Below are positions 12,369-24,639 of a DNA stretch of 64,000 nucleotides, one piece after another. How positions within the stretch are numbered: the stretch's first letter is position 1; each line of letters starts with the position of its first letter. A model generated the notes under the pieces. The model was not told the origin of the DNA and did no database searches. It saw nothing but the letters and a program-made list of their open reading frames with translations. The position numbers and the translations under genes were made by a program. Origin of the DNA: Haliotis rubra (taxonomy: Eukaryota); NCBI RefSeq assembly GCF_003918875.1, contig NW_025765692.1:868001-932000 (forward strand). The letters are read 5' to 3'.

Positions 12369-13180
12369 ATGGGGGGTGTATTTTGCTTTGTGAATATAGT
12401 ATGTATAATGTATTTAATTACTATGTACAGTGTGTTTTCCGGATGGTTCGTTGTGCGTATATAATGTGTAGTATATATGGTGTGCGTCTTTTCTATCGTG
12501 ACATAATCGTCACAGAGAAGACAGCTGCGTCATCAGCAGTCATTGTTTCAGGGCCACCAAAGATGCATAGATGCCGTGAGCAATTGTTGATGTAACGACT
12601 AATGTCCTTTCATATGGACTTAACTGTGACGCATGCAGTGACTGCTGTTTTAACTGCATATAATCGATATTGTCTACAGCTAACCCACGTGTCAGACGGA
12701 ACCAGCTAGCTGTTGGCATTCTGTCCTTGTCTGACAAACAGACACCAGGCGTACTCTAAGGACGACCGCATCCCGTTCTCACCCCTTCATTTTCAGTATT
12801 TACTCTCAGCTCTGAAATTAGCAGAACTGGAAATTCTTGAATATTCAAAGGTTCCATTGTGGACTTGTATTTATATATTAATCATTATTTATTTCAGCAA
12901 CTGCAGATGCTAGTTTCAGGTAGATCTGCTACTCTCAAGCTACGACAGCTGTTTCCACTATGGTTGACAGCGTATGCGTGGAGTGGGATTATCTAACTGG
13001 GCGACAGCTACACAGTGATCTATCACCAAAGCTGTTGTCCGTGTTATCGAATGGTAAGAGCAGGCCTACACAATTTTACTGGGATAGACATTGCACTGAA
13101 TAACCCGCCAGTCCGTCTTCCAAGCTTTCTCCCCGTTCCACATACAGACATCTTCCCCTTCCCTAAAGGAACCTTGTTAA

Positions 13181-13460
13181 GGGACCGTTCCTAATTTATG
13201 GCTAGGGGGGCTGATGATGATTTTTATGGAGAAGCACGTACAATGTGAATGCCCACCCCCTAAAATTTATGTACAAAATATGTGACCCCCCTGCATGTCA
13301 TATACAAAATCAATGACCCCCCATCCCCTTCCCATAATTTCTAAGCATAATTTTAAACATAACTTTATGTACAAAATTGCTGACTCCTCCGTAGCTCCCA
13401 GAACAAAATGCCCCCTTCAAAATCATCATTACCCACTAGCGATAAGTTATGAACGGTCGC
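13181..13460. mobile_element. MITE with TIR GGGACCGTTC(C)TAATTTAT / ATAAGTTATGAACGGTCGC, TAA-flanked (PIF/Harbinger- or Kolobok-like)
   Basis: Imperfect terminal inverted repeats of about 20 bp; ttaa on the left, taat on the right. Confidence 0.75.
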
Positions 13461-13467
13461 TAATCAA

Positions 13468-13755
13468 TGTTTGAAGCCCATTTCTGGGGTCTCCCAAAGT
13501 GATATGGATGGAATATTGCTGGAATATTGCTAAATGCGGTCTAAAACCACACTCCTTCACTGACTGACTAAAAGACCTTAGTCACCTCTTCCACCCGTTC
13601 TGACTTGGTTGACACCTGTCATCGTATCCCACGTGCGTAGATCGATGTTCATGATGCTGATCACTGGATTGTCTGGTCCAGACTCGATTATTTACAGACC
13701 GCCGCCATATAGCTGGAATATTGCTGAGTGTGGCATCAAACAACAAACCAACCAG
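13468..13755 (+). mobile_element. 3' half of SINE family A (13468-13570) followed by 3' part of SINE family B (13600-13755)
   Basis: gaagcccatttctgggg..ggaatattgctaaatgcgg matches family A; gacttggttgacac..ccagactcgattatttacagaccg matches family B. Confidence 0.8.
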
Positions 13756-14979
13756 CTCCCACCCGTTAATGAATATTTCTCCTCATTCAACTCCTTCACC
13801 CTATGTAATCCAACCACGTGCATTCATCACATGCTAGCAAACCCTTGTCGTCAGCTCATTCAAAGCATAGTTTACCCAATGCACTTCCGTCACATGAATT
13901 CACGCATTCAAAACAACTTCACACCATTTCAGCACTTTGCCAAATTCATCAATAAGTGACACATATGTACAAATACCAGTTCATCGGGGTTACTACCGTT
14001 TATCGTGTGTTCAATTTATAAACTGTTCACTTTGTCAGTCGTGAATATGATGCAACCATACACTCACAAGGAAATATTACCGAGACATCGGTGTAAACCC
14101 GACTGAAGTAGGCCTATAGTAATTACGACCGTCTCGGGGCTCTAAACACTATAGTATTTGTCCATAACATATTTATGTAATCTTAGAAGGCCCTTAATCC
14201 CCATCCATCCCACGCCCTTCCGACACTAACGCACGCACGCACGCACTCATCTGTGACCCCTACGACAAATGCCAACCCAAGCAGACGACCAACTCACCGC
14301 TCCGCTCGCACCCCGGCCCATGTTTACCGATAGCTTTTGTGAATTGAGTCTGTGATTGCGCAGAAAGGTGGTCCCCATTCAACCGTATCTTGCTACCTGA
14401 ACTGAATATTCGACATCAGTAACAGGTGTGTGTCCTCGGTAGTGTCCTCGACTCAAGCAACTATAACGCTGACTTGCTTCAAATGACTATCCCAGCAACA
14501 CCCATTAAGTTTAAGTTTCATATTTGATTTTCAAATAGGGGTTTCTACCTTCCTGACACAGAAAACCAAGAGCCCCATCGTCTACCGCCTGATGTTACAG
14601 TATTACTGGGCCTTTCAATGGAGATGTTTGTAGAAGCCGACCGAGGCTAGATAAGACCTTGTCCTCAAGCTGACAGTCACAAGCTGCTGTCCGTGGCGTT
14701 ATCCTTGGTAGTTTTCCGTGTTGCGAAATGTCCCCCGGACTTGCGACAATATTTCGTTCTTATCTGTAACGCGAGTCTCACAACGTGGACTAATGTACTT
14801 CTGGGACACGAGTTGACCGAATAAAGAAAGTACACAAGTCATGTGACACAAGTATGTGAGTGAGTGTATGAGGTAGTGAGTGAGGTAATGAGCGAGTGAG
14901 GTAGTGAGTGAAGTAGTGAGTGAGTGAGTGAGGTAGTGAGTGAAGTAGTGAGTGAGTGAGTAGGTGCGCCAGCGAGCGG

Positions 14980-15225
14980 GTTGAGTTGGGTTTGGTTTGG
15001 TTTGGCTGTTGTTGCACTCAGCACTGTTCCAGCTATATGGTGCCGGTCTGTATATAACTGAGCCTAGACCAGACAATCCAGTGCTCAACATTATGAGCAT
15101 CGATCTACGTAATTGGGATGTCATGTGTCAACCAAGTCAGCGAGTCTGACCATCCGATCCCGTTAGTCGCCTCTCACGACAAGCATGGGTTGCTGAAGAC
15201 CGATTCTAACCCGGATCTTCAGGGG
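14980..15225 (-). mobile_element. SINE family B copy flanked by (GTGA)n and (GAGGT)n microsatellites
   Basis: Full-length reverse-complement match to family B. Confidence 0.85.
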
Positions 15226-15639
15226 TGGGTTGGGTCGGGTGAGGTGAGGTGAGGTGAGGTGAGGTGAGGTGAGGTGAGTTGAGTTATAGTGAGAGGCAGG
15301 AACGGGCGGTGTAACACAAGACAACTATTTACTACAAAGCATGCAACTTAACGGCTAACAACTTTACGTTTATGGTATAGTCTCGGTGCTTTTAGCTCGA
15401 CAACAGTGTAAATATTCACATCGAGTCGAAGCTATGCAATAAACAAGACGTTAGTATCCATGATGTTGCATGCTTCCTTATCTACCAACTCCTAGAATAC
15501 CGGTCAAACAATCAACTATTGATGAATAATAGCATCCGGGCAGCGTACACCGCTGTTACAGACGCTTTGTCATCATGAACTGTGCATAAACAAACCCTAG
15601 TAGCTGCCTTGATACTTAATTTGTACAGACTCAAATAAA

Positions 15640-15722
15640 GGCGAGAATTTATGGATGTCAACTTCTTTACTTTTTTGGGACACGATGTTTCGGAGTATAT
15701 CCTTGCTCCTTCATCGGGTAAT
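15640..15722 (-). mobile_element. Penelope-like pseudo-LTR fragment
   Basis: tttatggatgtcaacttcttt..gtttcgga resembles the pLTR of the 22953-23734 element. Confidence 0.6.
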
Positions 15723-15883
15723 TGGATGAGTTTGTTTGAACATATTTTATTCAGTGTTGAAATGGATTGGGCACAAGTTATGTAACTTATTACCGCCCGC
15801 TCCCATCAGAAACATGAACAATAATGAACAATAAAGATTGGACGTAATGGATGGACATAATAATATTGAGACATATTATTGGT

Positions 15884-16078
15884 TAATTGAAGCGCTTACT
15901 TCGTACAATGTATTTATGCACATGTCTAAAGATATTTTCATTGATAGTATTTGGCAGAGCAGGGTTGCCGTAAAGAATGGTATCAATGTCTAATTGAACT
16001 TTTTGATAGTTCAAAGTCTTTCTTCAGATCAAAACGGCAACTGACAAATTTTGGACATTTTAAGAAGAAATGAGTAAG
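15884..16078 (-). pseudogene. 3' remnant of LINE ORF2 (CR1/L2-group type C-terminus)
   Basis: Reverse translation gives HFFLKCPKFVSCR..., then after a frameshift DTILYGNPALPNTINENIFRHVHKYIVRSKRFN*, typical of LINE ORF2 C-termini. Confidence 0.7.
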
Positions 16079-17634
16079 AATATACTACGAAACGTGGTGT
16101 CCGACAAAATACAGCTGACATCCATATATTCTCCCCTTTATGTGTATCACGTCTAAACGCCGTTCAAAGACTCTAGCCTTCAATAGTACATAAACTAGCA
16201 TTTAAACTCCGACTGCAACAAACATTAATTATATTCAAGGACAAAGAAGTTGTTTACGACAGAAAACGTTAGCTATTTAATTGATTATGTCACGTTTTAC
16301 CTGTATGCCAACCAATACCGTTACGTCTCGATAGACTGAATATACACATCCAAGCAGACAAGTGATATATGATATCATACTTATCTGTGCATAACACTGG
16401 GGTATTGTGAGTGTTTTGTTTGTGGGCCAGGAAAGCTCTTAAAACGCCTAAAATATGTGGCAAGGTCAATGTGAATGGAGCAACGGAGGGCGTAGATTGC
16501 CGTGCATGTCGCACGAGTAATATTGAAGTTAGTAGAATATAATCTAAGACCTCTTTGGACAAAGCACTCCCAACATTCCGTCTCCAAGGGCCCACTCAGC
16601 AACTTGTTTAGTTGTTTAAAATTGTTTTAATTAAACTTTTAACTTATATATTTATTCTTATTCATTAAACATTTAATGAAGAGTTATTAAGATTAGTTTG
16701 GGGTTGTTCACTAAAAATATATTCGAAAGTAAAGCGGATAAATTACATTCACTAAACACTTGCACGCTAACTTGGCAAGTACCTCCTCCTTAAGAAAAGA
16801 AAAACTGCACCCAAAATATCTTCACGGATACTCGACAGTTCAAATATTATCAAAATAATACAATCTATGTCCTATGTTTTTACAATGCCCCTGTGTGTTT
16901 ATGGCTCACAATGTCACTGACACTGGGTTATGTTTTGTTTGAGGTCAGGAGGAACACTACCTTCCTCACAAACCAGGATGATATATTAAAATTAGTAAAA
17001 TGAACAATGTTTAAATTGTGTGTAATTACTCACTACACCCATTAAGGGTAGGTATCCCATACTATTAATACAATCCTGGGCCCATATCCACAAGTTTGAG
17101 TTTGAGTTGTGGGTTTTTACGATCACCGAAGACGGTGACATGGTGGACAGGCGACAGAACGGAACCGGAAGTCGGTGTAAGGAGAATCCATACGAAGCAA
17201 AACGAACCCCACAACCCCTTCAGCAGCAACCTCCGCAAACCCGACCCCTTTCAAACAGCACACACACACACACACACACACTGTCTTTATTCAACAGAAT
17301 CAGGCCCCATCCCTACAGACGCTCTCCCTCTCTCTTTCTCTCTCCTGACAAAGTGTAGTCTTAACAACTAACTCACCACCACCACCCATCTTTTTCTCTC
17401 CCCCCTCTGTCCTTTTCTTTTACCCCCCCACCCCCCACCCCCTCTCCAGGAACAATGTGCACTGTGTATACGTGCATGTGTGTGTGTGGAGTGTGCGTAG
17501 GTATATATCAACACTCCACGAACAATATATACTGTGTGTACACAGTACGTTACACACACGCACGCACATGTACGCACGTACACACACACATTCTTACCCT
17601 CGTCCCTGTCCCCTTTTCCCGCCACAAACTGTGA

Positions 17635-17872
17635 GGGGAGACTAACGGGATCGTGTGATCAGGTTTGCTGGCTTGGTGAATGCAATACATCACGTACATA
17701 GATGTTCATGATGTCAGCCGCCGTGATGTTGCTGGAATATTCCTAAAAGCGGCGTAAAACCAAACTCAGTCAGTCAGTCATGATGTCAGTCACTGGATTG
17801 TCTGGTCCAGACTTGACAGCTTATAGACCTCTGTCGTTCGGGTGGAACATTGCTAAACGGCTTTAAACAACA
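17635..17872 (+). mobile_element. Degenerate SINE B with a SINE A 3' tail fragment inserted (about 17717-17778)
   Basis: gactaacgggatcg...catgatgtcag [gccgtgatgttgctggaatattcctaaaagcggcgtaaaac-(cagt)n] catgatgtcag tcactggattgtctgg; catgatgtcag is duplicated around the insert. Confidence 0.75.
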
Positions 17873-18269
17873 AAGTGATCATGTGTGCAGTATGCAGCCC
17901 CACGATCTGCGCCACGGGTGATCTCAACTGTCCCTCATCAACTTTGTAGCAGACTGAGGGTCTGTGACGTCACGCACAGGTGTTAGGGAAGTGTTGTGGA
18001 TACGAGTCACAACAATGGTGACCTGTGCCCCACATTGGGCCCCCCTCCCCTCCCCCAGGGGCTGTGTAGGGTTGTTATCGAGGAGATAATCTGGTTGCTA
18101 TCGTAGCGGATCTCACAGGAGCTTACCCTCTCGTTTTCGACGTTGCGTGCTAGTGACGGTGAAGGACGTACGTGCCAGGGTCTACAGGGACAGTTGCTCA
18201 ACCAATGGATCAACTATGCAGGATTCAGATCAATTTCACTACCGAAAAACAGCTGAATGATAGATGCAT

Positions 18270-19140
18270 CAAGTGGGCAACAGTTGGGTCGGTTGTACGG
18301 CAGATGGATCAGCTGGATAACAGTTGGAGAAGGTGTACGGAAGATGGGTCAGCAGGGCAACAGTTGGATCAGGTGTACGGCAGATGGATCAGCTGGACAA
18401 CAGTTGGAGCAGGTGTACGGCTGATGGATCAGCTGGACAACAGTTGGGTCAGTTGTACGGCTGATGGATCAGCTGGACAACAGTTGGAGCAGGTGTACGG
18501 CTGATGGATCAGCTGGACAACAGTTGGAGCAGGTGTACGGCTGATGGATCAGCTGGACAACAGTTGGGTCAGTTGTACGGCTGATGGATCAGCTGGACAA
18601 CAGTTGGAGCAGGTGTACGGCTGATGGATCAGCTGGACAACAGTTGGAGCAGGTGTACGGCTGATGGATCAGCTGGACAACAGTTGGAGCAGGTGTACGG
18701 CTGATGGATCAGCTGGACAACAGTTGGAGCAGGTGTACGGCAGATGGATCAGCTGGACAACAGTTTGAGCAGTTGTACGGCTGATGGATCAGCTGGACAA
18801 CAGTTGGGTCAGTTGTACGGCTGATGGATCAGCTGGACAACAGTTGGGGCAGGTGTACGGCTGATGGATCAGCTGGGCAATATGATGGACCAGCTGTACA
18901 GCAGATAGGTCAGCTGTTCAGTGATAAATCATAGGTAGATCAGTTGTACCGTGAATAGATCAACTGTGCAATAAACATATTAGCTGTACAAGAGATAGAT
19001 TAGCTGCACCATGGATAGATCAGCTGCACAACAAACTGGACATTTGTTTAATAGATCAGTGAAAAATATACAGATCAGCTTTCGACATTAAATCACTTGT
19101 ACACTTGATAGGCAGAATAGCTGTACAACAGATAGCTGAT
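18270..19140. repeat. 40-bp minisatellite (dimer of 20-mers) decaying into degenerate 20-bp monomers
   Basis: cagttggagcaggtgtacggctgatggatcagctggacaa is repeated from 18280 to 18880, with degenerate tagatcagctgtaca units to 19140. Confidence 0.93.
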
Positions 19141-19516
19141 AGAATTTGAAACTGCTATTCCTAACACTTATACTGCGACCGCTACTTCTACGACTACTAC
19201 GACTACAACCACTGTTACAACGCGATATTATAGTGCAGAGCGGTAAAACATGCACTAACTTGACATGTAATTCGCGTGGGATTTACATGTTTGTCAAGAA
19301 GACCGTGTTAAAACATTCCCCTCTCGACATGCATTTACGTGGGGAAACATAGATACGAGCAAGGATCTGTTGATCGTTGGTTTTATTGTCAATCGATCAG
19401 AGAGTGTTGGAGTTCTATACAGTACATGTAGACCGTCACGCTTAATAGCACCCACCCTTTGTGTACTATAACACGTAAACTGTTAGATCAGAAATCGTTT
19501 ATTTCATTTAAGTCGA

Positions 19517-19680
19517 GGGCGGTGGGGTAGCCTAGTGGTTAAAGCGTTCGTTCGTCACGCTGAAGACCCGGGTTCGATTCCTCACATGGGTACAGTGTCT
19601 GAAGCCCATTTCTGGTGTCCCCCGCCGTGATATTGCTTGAATATTGCTAAAAGCGGCGTAAAACTAAACTCACTCACTCA
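19517..19680 (+). mobile_element. tRNA-derived SINE family A, full length
   Basis: A box TAGCCTAGTGG, B box GGTTCGATTCC, (CTCA)n tail, TSD tcatttaagtc on both sides. Confidence 0.92.
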
Positions 19681-19979
19681 TTTAAGTCAGTGTCTATTTC
19701 AAGTACATGCACGTGCAGCAGCGGGCTTGACCTTGAAACTCGGCGGTGTGTTCTGATGCGTGCACTGTCTGAAACTTTCTCTTTGTGCAGAGTGTTGATA
19801 AGTGTGTTGGCATCTACACAGGAACATCACATTACTACTATTGTAATATTAAAGAAGTTGTCTATAATTACAAATTGTTCCTGTTCATCATAGCAGCTTC
19901 TAAATGCCACTGAAAGAAGTTTAGTAGATCATGTCTATAAAACAGATTCCATAGAACTAGATCCTATCTATCGATCTCT

Positions 19980-20110
19980 GGTCTAACTTGGTCAACCTGT
20001 CGAGGTCAGGTCTAACTTTGTCCACCTGTCGAGGTCAGGTCTAACTTTGTCCACCTGTCGAGGTTAGGTCTAACTTGGTCAACCTGTCGAGGTCAGGTCT
20101 AACTTGGTCC
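19980..20110. repeat. 29-bp tandem repeat, about 4.5 copies
   Basis: ggtctaactt(g/t)gtc(a/c)acctgtcgaggtca units. Confidence 0.85.
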
Positions 20111-20177
20111 AGTCCTGATTTCTGGTCAAATGAGGTCCATTCTGTCGAGATCTCGTGCAACTGGACCCAGTCTAATA

Positions 20178-20543
20178 TTGTCTGTCTCCCAGTCCCTGGA
20201 CCGCATTATTCTCTGAATGAAGCAAGTCTAGATGTCCTCAGGTTCAGGATTTCCCATCTCACTGGGGCTCCTTTTCAATTTAAATGGAATCATTTGTAAA
20301 AGAGTGGAAATTTATCGATGTCGGCTTCTTTAATATGAGGGCCACGACGTTTCGGAGTATCCTCATCAAGGGAAGACAACCAGGACTAGGTATCTAACTA
20401 AGCACATGTGAAGCTACATCAATGAGGAGATGACAATGGAGCAGATACATAAAGTTTCACCCTGTCACTTCGAAATATCATTCAAAGTATTATTTTGTTA
20501 CGATCAAAATTATATATATTCAGAGACTAAGCGTTAGTCTAGG
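20178..20543 (+). mobile_element. Family D copy interrupted by a - strand Penelope pLTR fragment (about 20300-20375)
   Basis: Family D halves flank gtcggcttcttt..gacgtttcggagtatcctcatcaagg. Confidence 0.6.
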
Positions 20544-20679
20544 TCTAACATTATTGTGACAGTTTCGGGACAAAGGAAGTTATATATACCCAATTAACCC
20601 CAATAAAAGACAGTTCTTGTTTACCACAGGAGAAATAAAACACCACTAAATCACTAGAGCTGGGACACATTCAATGACC

Positions 20680-21775
20680 AGTACCCTTACCTCAGGAGCT
20701 ATTCCTTAACTCTGTATAGTCGTGTCAGTGCCCTTACCTCGGGAGCTATTCCTAAACACTGTACAGTCGTGTCAGTGCCCTTACCTCGGGAGCTATTCCT
20801 ACCCACTGTACACTGTACAGTCGTATCAGTTCCCTTACCTCGGGAGCTATTCCTAAACACTGTACAGTCGTATCAGTTCCCTTACCTCGGGAGCTATTCC
20901 TAAACACTGTACAGTCGTATCAGTGCCCTTACCTCGGGAGCTATTCCTAAACACTGTACAGTCGTATCAGTGCCCTTACCTCGGGAGCTATTCCTAAACA
21001 CTGTACAGTCGTATCTAAACACTGTACAGTGCCCTTACCTCGGGAGCTATTCCTAAACACTGTACAGTCGTGTCAGTGCCCTTACCTCGGGAGCTATTCC
21101 TAAACACTGTACAGTCGTATCAGTGCCCTTACCTCGGGAGCTATTCCTAAACACTGTACAGTCGTGTCAGTGCCCTTACCTCGGGAGCTATTCCTAAACA
21201 CTGTACAGTCGTATCAGTGCCCTTACCTCCTATTTACACTGTACAGTCAGGAGCTATTCCTAAACACGAGCTATTCCTAAACACTGTAGTTCCCTTACCT
21301 CGGGAGCTATTCCCAAACACTGTACAGTCGTGTCAGTGCCCTTACCTCGGGGAGCTATTCCTAAACACGTGTAGTTCCCAGAGCTATTCCTAAACACTGT
21401 ACAGTGCCCTTACCTCAGGAGCTATTCCTAAACACTGTACAGTCGTGTCAGTGCCCTTACCTCGGGGAGCTACAGTCGTGTCAGTGCCCTTACCTCGGGA
21501 GCTATTCCTAAACAGTCGTACAGTCGTGTCAGTGCCCTTACCTCGGGAGCTATTCCTTAACACTGTACAGTCGTGTCGTGCCCTTAGTGCTATTCCTTAC
21601 CTCAGGAGCTATTCCTAAACACTGTACAGTCGTGTCAGTGCCCTTGCCTCGGGAGCTATTCCTTAACACTGTACAGTCGTGTCAGTGCCCTTACCTCGGG
21701 AGCTATTCCTAAACACTGTACAGTCGTGTCAGTGCCCTTACCTCGGGGCTATTCCTTAACACTGTACAGTCGTCC
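20680..21775. repeat. 47-bp minisatellite; each unit carries a consensus 5' splice site (GAG|GTAAGG) on the - strand
   Basis: cccttacctc at 20731 and 20778 (period 47); reverse-complement unit cactgacacgactgtacagtgtttaggaatagctcccgaggtaaggg. Confidence 0.93.
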
Positions 21776-21789
21776 CCGCAGCTCAGTAC

Positions 21790-22038
21790 GGGGTTGGGTT
21801 GGCTGGTTTGTTGTTTAACGCCGCACTCAGCAATATTCCAGCTATATGGCAGCGATCTGTAAATAATCGAGTCTGGACCAGACAATCCTGTGATCAACAT
21901 TATGAGCATCCTTCTATACACTTGGGAACCGATGTCATGTGTCAACCAAGCCAGCGAGGCTGACCACCCGATCCCGTTAGTCGCCTCTTACGACAAGCAT
22001 GGGTTACTGAAGATCGATTCCAACCCGGATCTTCCCGG
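21790..22038 (-). mobile_element. SINE family B copy
   Basis: Full-length reverse-complement match to family B. Confidence 0.88.
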
Positions 22039-22674
22039 CTGTCACTATAGGGAAACACTTCCAGGCATACTAAGATTTACGTCTAGAATTCTTTCCTTGC
22101 AGTGAAACAGGCAGGTTCTTCGCACACTGTGATGTACCGTGAAGAAATGTTCGAGCCGATACATTAAAATTGCTTGCCAAATAGTTTGTAAACTTTTCCG
22201 AGCGCCTTACTGCAAACAATCTCCGCACCATTACACACCGTGCACATTCAAAATTTACACATCGTTTCCAGTTTGTAGCTCAATCTGCCCACTCACTGTC
22301 GTGTCACTGGGTTGTCTGATCAATCACCTGACTGTCTGGCCAAGACTGTTAACACACCCGTGGAGTATGTCAGTGCTGTGTGGCGTCAGATAACTATATG
22401 GTGTGGGTGGTGGCTTCTACCGCTTGATATGGAAATGTTGACCTTATCGCCACCACCTGGTGTCAGCACCGAATTTCAGTGATTCATTCGTGTCATTTTC
22501 ACCGCCTTTTGCCTTTCATACCTAATGGAATCTATTTCGCCCGAAATAGGGCGTTAACGAAGCGTGCGTGCGTGTGTCTGTCTGATTTTGATAATCAAAT
22601 TTAATTAAACTCCCAATCCTGCAAATAATTATTATTCAAAATCGTCAAAACCCTTGAAAAGCCAGGAGGCGGGG

Positions 22675-22826
22675 TCATGGCATCCCAATTGTGCACAGCG
22701 ATGCTGTAATGTCAGTCACTGGAATATCTGGTCCTGACTCAGTTATTTACCTGTAGAACGTCGTCATATAGCTAGAAGGTTGCTGGGTGTGGCGTTAAAC
22801 AACAACAACAACAACAGCCAAACAAA
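22675..22826 (+). mobile_element. SINE family B 3' fragment with (CAA)n tail
   Basis: catcccaattg..cactggaatatctggtcc..tggcgttaaacaacaacaac. Confidence 0.7.
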
Positions 22827-23218
22827 CCGCCAGTGTTGCAGCTTACCATGATGGCCCTGTTTAGCGCCACGTCCTGTGTTGGACATTATAGGGCGGCGGG
22901 TAGCCTAGTTGTTACGGTTTATGCCCGGACTGTCGACAACAAGAAATAATCCAATATAGAACAAACTTTATGGATATCAACTTCTTTTTATTCGTGAGTG
23001 CGACGTTTCGATACAGATTCTTGTACCGTTGTCAAGCATAATGAGACATGAAGAGGGGGGAAGTGTATATATACTGGATGTGACAATGTGACAAAGAAAA
23101 CAACATAATTAACATAATTGGCTAGGCAGTAGGCTGATGAAGCCAGAGAGTAGACAAAGGACAGGCGTAGAAGCCAATGATGTACAAATGATAATGACAT
23201 GTTTATACAGCAGTGAGT

Positions 23219-23570
23219 TTATACAGTGGATTGGGCTTGGTGGATGAGTGCATCATAAGCGGATGGAATGAAGTATCCTTGGTCTCGGTTGATGGTGGGC
23301 TTTTGGCGTTTGATGTGGATGGCTTCGGTGAGCTTGCGTTTAGTGAAGTCTGTTTGTTTGTTAGAGAGAATGGTGATGTCAGACCACTCTATTTGATGAT
23401 TGGGGCTTGCTTTGATGTGGTCGGAAATGGCTGATTTGCTGTCGGAATTGGTAACAGAGGTCTGATGTTCTTTCACTCGGGTGTTGATGGGTCGGGAAGT
23501 TTCGCCTATGTAGCTCTGCCCACAATCACAGTTTATTTTGTAGATGACACATTTTGGGTTGTTTGTCACA
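23219..23570 (-). CDS. GIY-YIG endonuclease domain of the Penelope-like element (RT part truncated away)
   Basis: CVIYKINCDCGQSYIGETSR...R.KEH...SAISDH...H...RKLTEAIHI...INRDQG is the typical PLE GIY-YIG with its Cys/His motif. Confidence 0.9.
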
Positions 23571-23610
23571 TCCAGTATATAAACACTTCCCCCCCTCTTC
23601 ATGTCTCATT

Positions 23611-23651
23611 ATGCTTGACAACGGTACAAGAATCTGTATCGAAACGTCGCA
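23611..23651 (+). ncRNA. Variant minimal hammerhead ribozyme motif of the Penelope pLTR (mirror copy on - at 22999-23039)
   Basis: tgc-TTGACAA-c-ggtaca[agaatc]tgtatc-GAAA-CGTC-gca: stem I, C3U/G8A core, stem II, palindromic stem III, GUC site. Confidence 0.55.
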
Positions 23652-24099
23652 CTCACGAATAAAAAGAAGTTGTTATCCATAAAGTTTGTTCTATATTGTA
23701 CTTCCCAACTTCTAAAATGCCACTCAAAGAAGTTAAGAAATAATCCGTCCAAAATACTTGTCGACAGTCCGGGAAAAGGGAGGTGATGTTCTACATGAGT
23801 GACTTCACTCCCAGTGTTCTCGAATTAACAAACCAATTAAAACAGTGTGATATATATAGTAGACAATATATTTATTCAGTCAATATAACAACATGCATGT
23901 ATCATGCATGTAGCATATGTCACACAATATAACATATTTGTTCATATATTTCATAAAGCTCACACAATATATTTGTGTGTGTGTTTTATATAAATAAGTA
24001 ATTTCTGCAGGTGTATAAGTAATAAATATATAAAAGATGAGTCCAGTTATTTCTTCTTGCCAAAACACCTTTATATCTGCACTAAAGTAATCTGAATGT

Positions 24100-24639
24100 T
24101 CAGCCAAGATGAAGCAGCTCTGACACATGGTCTGTGTAATTCAAGTCGGTAAGTCTGTCGGCAAGAAGGTCGGCCTTCAAGGATCGAATCCTAGCGTCGA
24201 TGATTCGGTAGCGACGTCTACGGACGGGATCTCTCTGCTGTCCTTGGATCTGCTGAATTTTTACTTCAGTAGATGACTGTTCTTTTTGTAGCATTCGCAC
24301 AACCTCAAATACATTGGGATGTGTCTTCATGGCATACTTGTTGATTTTGTTGTGCCAACCTTCCAAATTATTGTTAGTTCTGTGTCCATCATTTTCAAAA
24401 TGATTCCAAGTTGGCAGTGTCCATGGACCTTCTACCCAGGTGGTAGTAACGTAATCCATCAGCTGTGTCGCCTTTTCACCTAGTGGTGCGTCTGCAATGG
24501 CATCAAGCCAGACATCTTCAACTTTATCCAGAGGCACTAAAGGTAGAGCTGCAGCTCGACGCACTAGTCTTTTCACATTGTTGTCTGACTTGTACTCTGA
24601 AGCAAGGCCTACTTTCTGTGTGCGACGCCAGATGCACTG
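24100..24639 (-). pseudogene. C-terminal fragment of a MULE (Mutator-like) transposase
   Basis: QCIWRRTQKVGL..Y..VKRLVRRAAALPLVP..DYVTTTWV..WNHF..RTNNNLEGWHNKIN..HPNVFEVV..LQKEQ matches the metazoan MULE transposase C-terminal half; the N-terminal half is absent. Confidence 0.88.

Larger units (their letters stand above)
22953..23734 (-). mobile_element. 5'-truncated Penelope-like retroelement with inverted pseudo-LTRs and 12-bp TSD
   Basis: GIY-YIG ORF; 22953-23085 is the reverse complement of about 23563-23697; aagaaataatcc at 22941-22952 and 23735-23746. Confidence 0.92.

Noticed and set aside
19517-19590. tRNA gene (also 39787, 41262, 61010)
   Set aside because: A and B boxes continue into a shared SINE body and tail with TSDs; no poly-T terminator or matching acceptor-stem end is evident.
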